Source: the human T2T-CHM13v2.0 reference genome, Homo sapiens. From it: 64,000 nucleotides of DNA. Below are positions 1-14,561 of this stretch, in pieces. How positions within the stretch are numbered: position 1 is the first letter of the stretch; the number at the start of each line of letters is the position of its first letter. The translations under genes and the position numbers were made by a program. The DNA is taken from the NCBI RefSeq assembly GCF_009914755.1, contig NC_060941.1. The stretch is one strand, 5' to 3'. Below the pieces are notes generated by a model. That model did no database searches. It had not been told where the DNA came from and saw only the letters and a list, made by a program, of their open reading frames with translations.

Positions 1-447
1 GGAAATTCACCTCCTGTAGGCTGAATGGCTTCTGGGTGGTGCCGCAGGAGCTGTTGGTGGGTCCAGGTGGAACCATCATCAGTATCTCAATGCAAAAAAA
101 AACCTGAAAAGGTATCTCAGAAGGCCAAACTTAGGTTCTACAGTAGTGATGTTATCTGCAGGAGAAATTGGGAAGTTGCATATCTTGTGACCTCCACAAT
201 AATGGCTGGCAATCATTTATGTCTGCACTTTCACCTTAGCAAAATTCAGGCTCCTCTATCCTCCTAGCCTGGTAGTCTCTCATTAGCTTTACAAAAGTGG
301 TTGAGTTTTGGGGAAGGGCTAATCATCTAAACTATAAACTAAATGTCTGGCAGCTTGAAAGCTAAAGGCAAGAAGAGAGTGGGCTAGATCAGATCTTCCC
401 ATTGTCATGGTTTTCTCACTGTTATAATTTTTGCAAAGTTGGTTTCA
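1..447 (-). mobile_element. ERV1 LTR fragment (LTR8-like), runs off window start
   Basis: Reverse complement begins TGAAACCAACTTTGCAAAAATTATAACAGTGAG, resembling the LTR8-family 5' end; family recalled from memory. Confidence 0.6.
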
Positions 448-547
448 TTAGTATAAAACAAATGGTGTGAGTCTGCAAGTACAAATGCAGAATGATGATA
501 ATGAAAGGAAGACAAGTATTACTCTCTTGGTTAATAAGAAAAAAGGT

Positions 548-934
548 TGCTAAAAACCTTAGCCAAATTAAATTTAACAGAGTTTAACTGAGCAAAGAAC
601 AATTTGCGAATAAGGAAGCCTCTTGAGCCAGAGTAGGTTCATAGAGACTCCAGCACAGCCACGTGGTAGAAGATTTATAGACAGAAAAAGAAAAGTGATC
701 ACAGGAAATGGAAGTGAGGTACAGCAACAGCTGAATTTATTACAGCTGGGTGTTTACCTTATTCAAACATGGTTTGAATAGGTGGTCCCCTTTGACTGGA
801 CAAAACTCAGTGATTGGCACGAGAGTAGGTTACAGCCTGTTTACACCTCGATTCAGGTTACAGTTCACTATGTACAGATTAGGCTGAACTTAAAATAAGT
901 GAGAAGGCAGCTTTAGGCTAAAGTTGATTTAACA
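548..934 (-). mobile_element. ERV1 solo LTR (MER57-like)
   Basis: TG...CA ends, 4-bp TSD AGGT (544-547 / 935-938); reverse complement starts TGTTAAATCAACTTTAGCCTAAAGCTGCC. Confidence 0.7.
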
Positions 935-1042
935 AGGTCAATTAAAAATTGCTGGAAAATAAGAATCTACATGAGGTTATCATGGGTTAAATATTAAGTA
1001 AATGACAATGTTGTGTCATCTGGGCAAATGATAAAAGACAGT

Positions 1043-1218
1043 TTTTATTTTTGTTTTTTAATTTTTTTCTTGAGCTAGGTCTTGCTCTGTCACCCAGACT
1101 GGGATGCAGTGGCTTGATCATAGCTCACTGTAACCTCCAACTCCTGGGCTCAAGTGATCCTCCCACCTCAGCCTCCCAAAGTACTGGGATTACAGATGTG
1201 AGCCACCACACCCAGCCA
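1043..1218 (-). mobile_element. Alu monomer (FLAM/FRAM-like)
   Basis: T-rich tail followed by a single Alu arm ending ...gagccaccacacccagcc. Confidence 0.8.
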
Positions 1219-1677
1219 AAACACCGTTTCCTAAACTGTAGTTAAAACTTCAAGATTAGCTCTTTTAGTAGGGAGGATATAAGATGTAATATGAATTTGT
1301 GTTTACTTTCTTAAGGGTTATAATAATTTCAAGCTTTTATCACCTTCTCAGGGCATTTTTCTAACACAGTTGTGATTTAGTGTTATAAAAGTTATTTGGT
1401 TATTGATCAGTTTTCTCCTGTTGATTTCTTAGACAAATCACACTAAAAGTAAGCATAGAGCTTAAACTTTTTTTTAAATAAAAAATGTTTTGTTGTTTGG
1501 AATTGTTTAGAATTCAGTGCTGTCTTTTGAATTTTATGAGACAGTTTTCCAAGGTGTACTAATTATACATATAAATTTATATACTTTAATAGAGATGTAT
1601 ATAAAATTAATATTAACTATATCTTTAAATGTTTTTCTTAATGTTCTTTAAGTTTAGAGGCGAAATCTCTTAGAAAT

Positions 1678-3170
<1,493 letters not shown>

Positions 3171-3554
3171 CTAGATTCTGAGAAAGTACATGTTAAATTT
3201 TAAACTTGTGTGTAGCCAGATGCAAATGATTTCTGTCTATTAAAAAAGATAATCCCAGAGGTTACAGGTTTTTTTATTGCCCTATCCACAGGATATTAAT
3301 GTGTGCTCTAATTTAACAAACTTATTTCAGAACGTCATCCCCAGTAAACTATACAAATCTCTGTTACTCAAATGATCTTTGAATTATTTTAATAGTTCTC
3401 TCACTAATGAGTTAAATACATCTTTGATGCATATTCAATCTAAATTGGATGAGTAATATTTTTAGTTTTGTAAAAATTGTATTATGATGTCCCTTGTTTT
3501 GAAGATAATGATTATCCAAAGTTCAGTAATTCCTTTAGTTTCTTTTTCCTCTTA

Positions 3555-3735
<181 letters not shown>

Positions 3736-5925
3736 TGATATGGACGGGAGGCAGAGAAACACTGGGTAGAAGAGGGCAGTTCCCTGGCAAATGCCCCACC
3801 CTCAAGCCTGGGAACCCACGCCCCTAAATTGGAACAGGCATTCCTGTTTTTGCACCCAAATGTTGCCTTTTCCAAGACTACTCTGGCCTGCCACGCCCCT
3901 ATCCTGTGTCCATATGACAGCTAGGCCTCCATGAAGGGAAAGAGAGCCCATATTACTTTTACCCAAAGGAAAGAGAGAGGCGGCAGGATCTTGGAAAAGA
4001 GACAGATCCAATAGTTCTGCCTCTTTACCTCTTAAACCCCAAACTCCATGAGCAGAGGAACAGAACGGCAGTGGCAGAGAAGGAGAGACGAGAAGGAGCG
4101 TCTGAATGTCAGGAGAAGTTCGGCTGGGGACAGTTGAAGAGGAGATCAGCCGCGGGATGGCTGAACTCCAAGGGAAGATCATCTTCCCACTCCATCCATT
4201 CTCCAGCTCCCCATTCATCCCATAAGAGCCACATCCATAACTCATTAAAATCTCCACATTCACCATCGTTCAAGTCTTCTTGAACGATGACCTGATTCTT
4301 CCAGGATGTCAGACAAGGACCTGGGTACCAAGAGGGCAGGGTATAAAAGGCTGTCACCCTGACTCTCCACTGAGACGAAGTAGCCGTCTGCAGATAGCAA
4401 CTGCTAAAAGAGTATTAATTGTAACACACCTTTGGATGCTACCATGGGGCCAGAGCCCAAAAGTGCTTGCCCCAGCTCCTGCACCTTCCCATCTGTGTGT
4501 TCCCCCTCCTATAAGGGGTAAAGTGTGTGACAGTGGAGCAAATGAGCCACACCCCTGTCGCAAGTCCCGTGAGGGGGTCAGGGAACTCTCCCATTTCATC
4601 TGGGGGCTCGTCTGGGATACAGCACAAGGATGAGTACAGATTTAGAACTGTCGGATCTGCCTCTTTTCCAAGATTCTGCCACCTCTCTTTTTCCTTTGGG
4701 TAAAAGGAATATTGGCTCTGTTTCTCTTCATGGAGGTCTAGCTGTTGCACGGGATGGAATAAAGTCCTGGGGCAACAGAAGCCATCTTTTGTTGCTGGAA
4801 GGCTCCAAGACTGAACTCTGTAGGCCAAGAACCCCAGACTTTGCTGTGGTATCTTCTTTCATGGCTTGAAATGGCTCCTATCTCTTCTTTTATAGTATTA
4901 AGGGCTTTGCTGCAACTACCGAGATGTTACTAAGTACAAGGTATGCTTGGTTCAGCCATCAGATGTGCAATTCACAACAATGTAGTTTCTGTTTCTTCTT
5001 AGAGGTGCCATCCCCAGCCGCAGGTGTGCGCAGTGCATGAGTGACTCCCCTCCTTCTCCCTTCCCCTCCTTTTCCCCTCCCCGCCTTCTCCCCTCTCCTC
5101 CCAGCTCTGCACATGAGCTGCACCCAGTGGCCACGAGGGGCGGGAGAAAACCTTGGCTGCCGCTGGGGCCCTAGTGCAGCTGGCTGGCCGGTGCCTCCCA
5201 CTCACTGCACCAGCAGAGCCTCTCCTCCCATGGTTGAGGGGTCCTTACTGGTCTGAACCAGGGGCGGAATACAATAAAGGAACCCATTTGCACAGAGCAA
5301 GAAGTTCCTTCCCTCTTTTTTAGTAGTATAAGCGGTTTCCTTTTTCTTTTCTAAGTGAGAGGGTTCCTTTCCCCGGCACGCTGCTTTTAATAGGGAAAAT
5401 AACAGAGGAGCGACCCCTGCTGGCCAATAGCTGCAAATTCGGCAGGGCCCCTTTGAGACTTGATCTAAACAGATTCATGCAGCCCCTGAAATACCTTTTT
5501 TGTCTGAAACTCAATTCCAGCCTTCAGGTTGAGGCCCTAGAAAGGAAAACCAGATCTGAGGGATCCAAAGCCTGGCAACAGGCACAATGTAAATGGGAAG
5601 GGCCAATTCCTGCTGACTAAAACCTTGCTTCATGAAAGGAGGCCATGCTCCATGACATAGATGAGGCCCAGGGAACTCAAAGGTTGTTGGCAGCAAGGGA
5701 AATAGGGCATAATGTGTAAGAGTGGATACTCTCACCCCCCCAGGCCCCCCTGTTAACATGAGTAAAAGCCGCTTCAGCACCCATGGGTGGCATCTGCCAA
5801 GGTCACTGGTACATGGGGACAAAAAGACAGAAAACGGGGATGCCTGCTTTCTCTCCATCAAACCCTGAGTTATCACTAAAAGAAGGGAAGGAAATGAGGG
5901 TCACCTCTATTTCTTGTCTTTCAGA

Positions 5926-7194
5926 ATGGGCGATCAGCTGTCTTCACCACCCCCAGCTTATACTCCTCTAGAGTGTATCCTGAACCACTGGGACTGCTTT
6001 GACCCTCAGACTCTGGAGGAAAATGGCTCATAGCCCTCTGCACAAAGGTTTGGGCAAATTATGAAGGACTGGCTTGGCCTCAGGAAGAAACCATTCATTT
6101 CGATATCATCCAGCAGTTGGAGCTTTTCTGTAAACGTGAGGGCAAATGCTCTGAGGCCCATATGTGCAGGCTTTCTATACCGTGCAGGGCAATCCAGACC
6201 TTAGCTGACAATGTAGAATTAATCCAGACCGGTTTGCCATCTCGGGAGAGGCTGCAAGGGGCAATCCCAGGGAACCAAAAAAACAAATCCCAGAGGCATC
6301 CCCAGCAGAGGAGCCAGCTCCCTCCAGCCCTGCTCCGCCAGGTCCACCCCATCCCCCCTATCCAGCTTCAGTCTCTCACTTGCCCCCTCCTAGAAATTCT
6401 CACCCTAGACAAGCCCCAGTCTCATTCTTTCCCCTCCAACAGATGCCTGGTGAATTTACCCCATAAGGTCCAGGTACTCTTCTCTCTACAGAACTTGAAG
6501 CAAATTGAGGGGGATCTTGGCAAGTTTTCAGATGACCCTGAGAGATATATAGAGGCTTTTCAGAACTTAACCCAAGTATTTGAGCTCTCCTAGGAAGACG
6601 TCATGTTACTTTGAACCAAACCCTGACTAACACTGAGAAGCAGGCCACTCTGCAAGTGACAGAGAGATCTGGGGATGAGGTTTGTATCATACGTAGCACC
6701 CAGGAAAGGGGGTGAATATTATCCAACTGGAAGAGAAGGAGTATCAATGAATGTCCCTAAATGGGATCCCAATGACAAGATGGGAGAATGCAAGAGGAGA
6801 GTTTCAGGTGTGCATAATAGAGGGCTTTTGTAGGATTAGAACTAAGCCTCTCTACTATATCAAGATATCCATGAGAGACCAGGGATTTAATGAAAATCCC
6901 ACTGCCTTCTTGGGGAGGCTAAGAGGGACCTTTGTAAAGCATAGGTCTCTGTGTCCCGATTCCATCATGGGACAACTAATCCTAAATGATAAATGTATTA
7001 CTCAGGCAGCCCCTGATATCAGAGGGAAGTTGCAGAAATGGGCCCTGGCGTCGGGGAGTACTTTAGGAGACCTCCTGAAAGAGGCCACCTTGGTCTTTTA
7101 CAGTACAGATAGGGAGACACAAGAAAGAGGCAGAAGCTTTAAGGGTCACCATGCAAACCCACAAACCCCAGAATTCCTAAGGTGCATCTGTTAA
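5926..7194 (+). pseudogene. Degenerate ERV gag (matrix/capsid)
   Basis: Fragments YTPLECILNHWDCFDPQTLE, LKQIEGDLGKFSDDPERYIEAFQNLTQVFELS and MHR-like QGFNENPTAFLGRL; stops and frameshifts. Confidence 0.85.
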
Positions 7195-7205
7195 CTCCTA
7201 CAGAT

Positions 7206-7467
7206 GTGGCAAGAACAGTTATCTCTCTTCTAAAATTTAACCACACCCATGCAAGTCTTAATTTCTTTCACTAAGGTGAAACAGCTCAGGGTACAATGTT
7301 GTTAGTATATTACACTTCCTATTTCGGTAATCTTTGGTGGCAAGAACAGTTATCTCTCTTCTAAAATTTAACCACACCCATACAAGTCTTAATTTCTTTC
7401 ACCAGGGTGAAACAGCTCAGGGTACAATGTTGTGAGTATGTTACATTTCCTATTTCTGTAATCTTTG
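7206..7467 (+). repeat. 131-bp tandem duplication in ERV internal region
   Basis: gtggcaagaacagttatctctc... starts at both 7206 and 7337, near identical. Confidence 0.9.
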
Positions 7468-8495
7468 GCACTAGATTATTTCTTTGTATAATACACGTTT
7501 AACCCATGCATACTTAACACCTTATAAAACTTGTTTTTTTCTCTCAAATTTGAGGTCATGAAAATCCAAATGGTCAGGCAACCGGAGCCTTGGATGATGA
7601 CTCCCTTTCCCCAGGGATCCTTAGATAGACCTCTGGGAGGAATCTGACTTCTGTTTTCCCCAAAAACAATGTCCTCTGTCAGCAGGAAGTAGCTAAGATA
7701 GGTCATTGTCCATATTCTAATGGCAATTAGATGGGCCTCTTAGAGGGTGGAAATGATACAGATACAGGCAAGGAAATACTGGGTAGAAGAGGGCAGTTCC
7801 CCAACAAAGGCCCACCCTGAAGCCTGGAAATCCATGGCCCTAAATGGGAGCAAGCATTCCCATTTTCATGCCCAAATGTTGCCTTTTCCAAGACCACTCT
7901 GGCCTGCCACACCCCTATCCTGTGCCCATATAAACCCCAAGCTCTACAAGCAGAGGAACAGAAGAGCAGCAGAGTAGCAAAATGGCATGGCAGAGGAGAG
8001 AAGAGAAGGAGCATCTGAATGTCAGGAGGAGTTCGGCTGAGGACGGTTGGAAAGCAGATAAGCCGGGGATGGCTGAACTCCAGGGGAAGATCATCTTCCC
8101 ACTCCATCCCCTTTCCAGCTCCACATCCATTCCTCTGAGAGCCAACTCCATCACTCAGTAAAATCCCCACCTTCACTATCCTTCAGGTTGATGTGACCTG
8201 ATTCTTCCTAGATGCCAGACAAAGACGGATACCAAGAGAGCAGAATATAAAAGGCTGTCACCCTGACTCTCCACTGAGTGGAATAGCCATCCACGAAAAG
8301 CAACTGCTAAAGAGCACTAATTGTAACACACCCCTAGATGCTACCATGGGGATGGAGCCCAAAAGCGCTCGCCCTGGCTCCTGCACCTGCCTGTCTGCAT
8401 GTTCCCCCTCCCACAGGGGATTTGAACGTGCAGCAGCCTTGCAAATGAGCCACACCCCGTCACAAGTCCTGTGAGGAAGTCAGGGAACTCTCCTC

Positions 8496-8835
8496 TGTTA
8501 GCCCAAGTGGCGCCATCAAGTAAACCCCTGCCATTTTGTACACCCTGATCAGGGAGGAAACTTCCATAGGGGCTCAGGCCATGAAAAGCATTTTGCCAAG
8601 CAGATCCCAGGCCACACTGCCTGACTGCAGGAAATGGCTCCCTTATTACATCCTGCCAGGCAGCTAGCCACACTGCCCCACCTCCCCTGTCCAGACCTAT
8701 AATTGCCCCAGTCTGTACGCAGGACGGGGGCTCCAGCACTCGCTGGTGTTCCCCTTCCACAGGTTTCTCTGTCCAATAAACCTATGTTGCTGTCGAGCTT
8801 CCCCACCTTGTATGTCTCTTTTCTCTGTCCTAACA
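8496..8835 (+). mobile_element. Solo LTR (probably ERVL class) nested in the 3' LTR
   Basis: TGTTAG...CTAACA inverted termini; TATA-like at ~8698, AATAAA 8775-8780; degenerate 5-bp TSD tcctc/ccctg. Confidence 0.7.
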
Positions 8836-8845
8836 CCCTGTTTCA

Positions 8846-8964
8846 CAGCTACTTGTGGGGCTGAGGTAGGTGGGTTACTTGAGCCCAGGAGATTAGGCTG
8901 CAGTGAGCCAAGATGTACCAGTGCACTCCAGCCTGGGTGACAGAGACCCTATCACACAAAAAAA
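8846..8964 (+). mobile_element. AluJ-like 3' part
   Basis: Continues the Alu broken at 3735; ends in a short A-rich tail. Confidence 0.85.
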
Positions 8965-8975
8965 GTGAGAAACTG

Positions 8976-8981
8976 TTTATT
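8976..8981 (-). terminator. CCL23: CCL23 polyadenylation signal AATAAA
   Basis: tttatt on + strand, 120 nt downstream of the stop codon. Confidence 0.75.
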
Positions 8982-9101
8982 AGATGAATTGCTCTAAATC
9001 CAGAACACAAGAATAAATGCTTCTTAAAAAAATAATTCAGGAAGGTAGTTGAGGCAAGAAAGTTGGTGGCTGGCAACTTGTGTCCCTTCACCTTGACAAG
9101 T

Positions 9102-9213
9102 TCAATTCTTCCTGGTCTTGATCCGTGTGTCCAGCTTCAGCATTCTCATGCAAACCTGAACTTGCTTATCACTGGGGTTGGCACAGAAACGTCGCCCCTT
9201 CTTGGTGAGGAAG
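9102..9213 (-). CDS. CCL23: CCL23 exon 4 (FLTKKGRRFCANPSDKQVQVCMRMLKLDTRIKTRKN*)
   Basis: AG acceptor 9215-9214; matches CCL23 C-terminus; Met at residue 106 (9147-9149; a Val allele is known). Confidence 0.97.
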
Positions 9214-9648
9214 CTAGGGAACAAGGGGGAGAAAAGTTACAAACTGAGGTGTGTCCAGCACATGGGGACAGGGGGCCCCATTCTCCCTGCCCCTCAGATT
9301 TCCCAGTCAATATAGCCAGTTTTTTTTTCTTTTTTTTTTCATTCTCTGCTGATGGCAGCTCAGGGCCATTGTGCTCTTGAGACCCCCTCAGCCTGTGGGA
9401 CTCCCTAGTGACTCATGGGAGCATCCTTGGGCAGACTTGTGCCTGCTTTCTTCTTCTTTCCCCACCCTTTTCCCCCTGGGAGTGTCTCATCCCCGATGCC
9501 CTGCAGGATCTTCCTAAGGACACAGCTGCCCCATACCTGGCAGGATCCAGAGGGTGGGCCCTGATGGACACCAGTCTATCAGGTCCTCCCTGCAAGATGC
9601 TACAGAGTCCTTCTCCCTCAACACATGTTTGGTGAGCTTGGCACCTAC

Positions 9649-9814
9649 ATGACACCCGGCTTGGAGCACTCGCTGTTCGTTTCAAAGTAACTCTCCAGGA
9701 GTGAACACGGGATGCTTCGTGGGGTGTAGGAGATGCAGCAGTCAGCACTAGTAGCATGGAATCCTGCAGCATGAGAAAGGGTCATCTGAGGACCAATCTT
9801 TCTCCTCCAGAGCA
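9649..9814 (-). CDS. CCL23: CCL23 exon 3; short form 9649-9763, long CKbeta8-1 form 9649-9814
   Basis: (M)LWRRKIGPQMTLSHAAG-FHATSADCCISYTPRSIPCSLLESYFETNSECSKPGVI; two AG acceptors 51 nt apart; donor GTAGGT. Confidence 0.97.
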
Positions 9815-10238
9815 CTGTGGAGGGTGAGAAGGCACATGGCTCAGAAGAGATGTTTCCTCCTCCGTGACCAGCACTTGCTGGCATCTCCCTGCTTCAGACC
9901 CTCATCAGAGTTGAGCTGTGTGTCTGAGGGCACTCAGGGTGGGCCAGAGCAGGACCAGGAAAATTTCCCCTAGAAGGGGAAGGCATCTGCAGACACCTGC
10001 AGGCATCAGAGAGCACCTTCTGCCCCAAAGGAGCAGACTCTTGGGGCAGCCAGAGGGGAACAGAGAAGGCATCTATGGAGGGGGTTCCCATAGCCCGTCC
10101 TGATCTTCCTTGGAGATGTTCACCACCCTCAGGACCCTCTCATTCTCCTCCCATTCTGTAAACAGGGACAATGGATCCCATAGTGCAGACCTGCACCTGC
10201 TGGCTGCTTTTAAATATATGCCGTATCTGATCACTTAC

Positions 10239-10298
10239 TGTCCAGAAGTACTGGATTTTCCAATGGAAGCTTTGACATCATGAACTCTGTCTCTGCAT
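10239..10298 (-). CDS. CCL23: CCL23 exon 2 (DAETEFMMSKLPLENPVLLD)
   Basis: 60-nt exon, ctgcttcttccAG acceptor and GTAAGT donor. Confidence 0.97.
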
Positions 10299-10844
10299 CT
10301 GGAAGAAGCAGACAGGACAGGGAAGGAAATCACTGGGCGGCAGCATTGTTTCAGCATCTCCACCCACCCCATTGCTCATCCTCCTCCTGAGGCAGAAAGG
10401 TCCCTGAAGCTGGACCACCACCACCTGTCTGGGCTCTAGGCCTGACTCCTGGCCCATTTATTCCTTTAGGGCCCTGAGATTTTTCAGGGACCTTTTGAAA
10501 ATGTAGACATGAAAACACTGTGTTGACTCTGAAATACTAAAAGAAACCTCAAAATCTAACATGGTTCAGTTAATGGAATGTCTACATGATGTGACACAGT
10601 CTACAAGTCTCTCTACACATTTCTGGAATCCACAGGGCTCTGGAAACAGAGAGGTGTTCATCAGCTCATATGGTGGCACAGTATCCCTTTAAGTGAAGTG
10701 CAGCTATTATGGTCATTATTTATCCCAGTTAGTAGAAATATTCATGTGTTTGTTACAGGAGGTTGCTGTGTTTGATTAAAATACTGTTCCCAGGCCTCAT
10801 CAGGGATAAGTACCATCAATATATGTTTAAGTTTTTTACTAAAT

Positions 10845-11455
10845 CATTTTTAAATCGTGGTTATATATATATATATATAACGTAAAATTTGCCATTTGAA
10901 CTATTTTAAGTATACAGTTCAATAGCATCAAATACACTCAAATAACTATGCAGTTTTCACGGCCGTTCATTCATTTTGTGAAACTGAAACTCTGTATTCA
11001 TTAAACAACAACTCCTCATGCTTCCTCCCCTTAATCCCTGACAATCACTATCTGTGTCGTGTCTCTGTGGATTTGACTAAGTACCTCATGTGAGTGGAAT
11101 CATACACTATTTGTCCTTTTGTGACTGGTTTATTTCACTTAGCATAATGTCCTTGATGTTTATCCATGTTGTAGCATGTGTCAGAATCTCCTTACTTAAA
11201 TTTTTATTTTTTCTTACTTCAACATTCAAGGGAATCTCCTTACTTTTTGAGGCCAAATAGATTCCATTGTATGTATGAACCACACTTTGTTTATCTACTA
11301 ACCTTTTGATGGGCACTTAGTTTGCTTCTACTTTTTGGCTACCGTCATCAATAATGCTGCTATGAATATGGGTGTATAAAAATCAATTCATGTACCTGCT
11401 TTGAATTATTTTGGATATATACCCAGAAATAGAATTGCTGCATCATATCATATTA
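10845..11455 (-). mobile_element. Old L1M 3' fragment
   Basis: L1M-type 3' end; peptide EILTHATTWINIKDIMLSEINQSQKDK on minus strand. Confidence 0.75.
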
Positions 11456-11659
11456 ACTTTTTAAAACCTGAGAAATTCTGCATTCCAAAATTCATCTAGC
11501 GCCAAGTGCTTTGGAAATGGGATTGTGGAGCTGCCTTATGCTTGTTAGGCAAATGAAACTAAGCTTTAAACATTTTTCCTTTCTTTTAAATTTTAATCCT
11601 TAAAGTTAGTTTATTTCCACAATTGACTGTCTCACAGAATAAAGCTAGCCTTAAAATTT

Positions 11660-11990
<331 letters not shown>

Positions 11991-12044
11991 TTAATAACTA
12001 TTAAATATATTTTAAATATAATGTAATAACTATTAAATAGACTT

Positions 12045-12556
12045 TTTCTTTTTTTAAAGTTAAATTAAATTAAATTTTATTTGACTTTAAGTTCTGGTAT
12101 ACCTGTGCTGAACGCGCAGGTTCATTACATAGGTATACATGTGCCATGGTGGTTTGCTGTACCTATCAACCCATCATCTAGGGCTGCTGCATGCACCAGG
12201 TATTTGTCCTAATGCTCTCCCTCCTTTTACCCTCCACTCCCCGATAGGCCCCAGTGTGTGATGTTCCCCTCCCTGTGTCCATGCATTCTCAGTGTTCAAC
12301 TCCCACTTACGAGTGAGAACATGTGGTGTTTGGCTTTCTGTTTCTGTGTTAGTTTGCTGAGGATGATGGTTTCCGGCTTTATCCATGTCCCTGCAAAGGA
12401 CATGAATTCATTTCTTTTTATGGCTGCATAGTATTCCATGGTGTATATGTGCCACATTGTCTTTATCCAGTCTATCATTGATGGGCATTTGGGTTGGTTT
12501 CAAGTCTTTGCTATTGTGATTAGTGCTGCAATAAAGATACATGTGCATGTGTCTTT
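12045..12556 (-). mobile_element. L1PA 3' end (5'-truncated, L1PA7/8-like)
   Basis: ORF2 C-terminus MIDWIKTMWHIYTMEYYAAIK... plus L1PA 3'UTR. Confidence 0.85.
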
Positions 12557-12589
12557 TAATATAATATATGTGTACTTTTCATATATTTA

Positions 12590-12740
12590 AAAATAAATAT
12601 ACTTTTAATATAATTTAATGACTATATTAAATATCTTTTAATATAATTTAATAAGGATATTAAATATACTTTTAATATAATTTAATGACTATGCATTTAA
12701 TATAATTTAACAATTATATTAAATATACTATTAATAATTT
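12590..12740. repeat. AT-rich ~33-bp tandem repeat
   Basis: Units like aaatatacttttaatataatttaatgactatatt, 4-5 degenerate copies. Confidence 0.7.
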
Positions 12741-13726
12741 TAAAGCTGGCTTTAAAGTTGATATTTACTTAACATTTTGAAACATAAAGACTTGGCAATA
12801 ACGATTCAGCTGCCGAATTAGTCCCCCAATTGCTTTCCAGTGTTTTCAACTTATTTCTTATATGGTTACATTAAATGAATTATATGTAATGAGACATGTG
12901 GGTATATTTTAATATGCTCAATATGGTTTGGGTAAGGTAAAAAAAAGATCTTAAATGGCCTTGTCGTTCCATAACTACTTCCTAATTAGCTCATATTTTA
13001 ATTCCACCGCTTAATAGTTGTGTGATCTACCAAGTTATCTAAGGTTCTGTGCCTCAGTTTTCTCATTTGTAAAATGTCAATAATAATAATATGAAAAACC
13101 ATATAAAAGTTGATGTTTTGTTTCTTCCCTACAAAAGTAAAAAATTTGCATTTTTTAAAATCTAATACATATCCCACAGGGTTGTTAGGTGGAACTGATG
13201 TGTTAATATCTGTAAGACACTTAGAACAGTGCCTGCCCTGTACATAGGAAGTACTAGAAGTGCATTTGTTAAACAAAAAAATACGATGGTTAGGTGACCT
13301 TGGTTGAGTCATTTGTGTGGCTTGTTCCATTTCTTCTCCAAAATGATATGATAGATACTACTAGATGGTATGTAACAGTTTTAGCATCATACAATTCTAT
13401 GCTTCTTTCTACAAATTTGTAATTTTACTACACTTCTTTTAATCTAGCACTTAATAGTCCTATGTCTGCTAAGGGAAGGTATCAAATAATTTTTGCTGTG
13501 AAAAGGGAAATGATTGGCCCCACATTGGACCAGCCATATGTGTATATTCCCCTCCCAGGGTCCAAAGCCTGCAGACAGAACCAGGTCTATACTCTGGTGC
13601 TGCTTTTAAATGAGTACCATGACCACGTCTGGGATGGAGAGTAGTTACAGGAGGGCAATGTGTCTCTGCCACAGAGCTTGAGTTACCATGAACCTGGTCA
13701 TCTGAGAGAAAGCTCACTGGACTCAC

Positions 13727-13802
13727 CTTTTGTGACCCGGGCCTGGGATCCAAGGGCAGTAACAAGCATGAGGCAGGAGAGGGCAGCCACGGAGACCTTC
13801 AT
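13727..13802 (-). CDS. CCL23: CCL23 exon 1 (MKVSVAALSCLMLVTALGSQARVTK)
   Basis: ATG at 13802, GTGAG donor; exons total 363 nt (120 aa) or 414 nt (137 aa). Confidence 0.97.
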
Positions 13803-13884
13803 CCTCCTGGTGGGCAGGCAGGGCTGGCCGAGGACTCCTGGGCTCACTGCTTCCTGGCTTCTCGGGATGCCAGTTCTGCCCTTG

Positions 13885-13892
13885 TATTTATA
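13885..13892 (-). promoter_or_regulatory. CCL23: CCL23 TATA box (TATAAATA)
   Basis: tatttata on + strand, ~85 nt upstream of ATG. Confidence 0.75.
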
Positions 13893-14561
13893 AGAAGAAG
13901 AGGAAGTTACAGGGCAGAGGTCAGAATGCTGTTTTTTGACTTATGATAGTTAACAGGCTCTTTCTAAAAAGGAAACAAGGCTGAGAATGCAATAGGAAGT
14001 AGACGACAAAGATGACTTGGACTGTCCTTGTGGACTTCCCGAGTTGTTCCAATAAGTACAGGCAGAGAGAGCAAATACTTTATGATGGATACTTCCCTCT
14101 GGGAGATTCATTCATCCTCTAAACAGTGGAGTTTTTTTTCCTCAGGAGCTAACCACCTTCAGATGCTCAAATAGCCTGTACACATGGGGACCACCAGAGA
14201 GAACACTTCAACTTGTAGAGCTGTGATCTCTGCTGGTAAACACAGCTCATACGACATCCCGTAATGTACAGCCCATGATGTGTACTCACACAGCATGATT
14301 GTCTAGCATAAGCTGAGCTACTCTAGAATATAATGGGGAGAGTGTAGGGCAAGGATGAGCACATGGGAGCTAAAATGTCGCCTTGTTGGGGTAGCCTGCC
14401 TTCCTTCTCAGCCCTGCGCTTAGTCTCTGGGAAAGGAATAGTCCTCGTCCAGTGTCTGGAGATATCCTTGACTCCTCTGTTTATCTCATACCCCATATCT
14501 AATTCATTAATAAGTATTTTTGGCCCTAATTCCAAAAATATAGCCAGAATCTTATTATTCC

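Larger units (their letters stand above)
3736..8845 (+). mobile_element. Internally deleted ERV1 provirus (MER52/LTR27/HUERS-P-like)
   Basis: 5' LTR 3736-4598 (TG..CA); tRNA-Pro PBS TGGGGGCTCGTCTGGGAT 4601-4618; gag remnant; PPT 7742-7753; homologous 3' LTR 7754-8845; TSD CAGT/CAGC. Confidence 0.85.

Noticed and set aside
1250-1670. AT-rich stretch resembling a processed-pseudogene 3'UTR
   Set aside because: No recognisable parent gene, ORF, tail or TSD.
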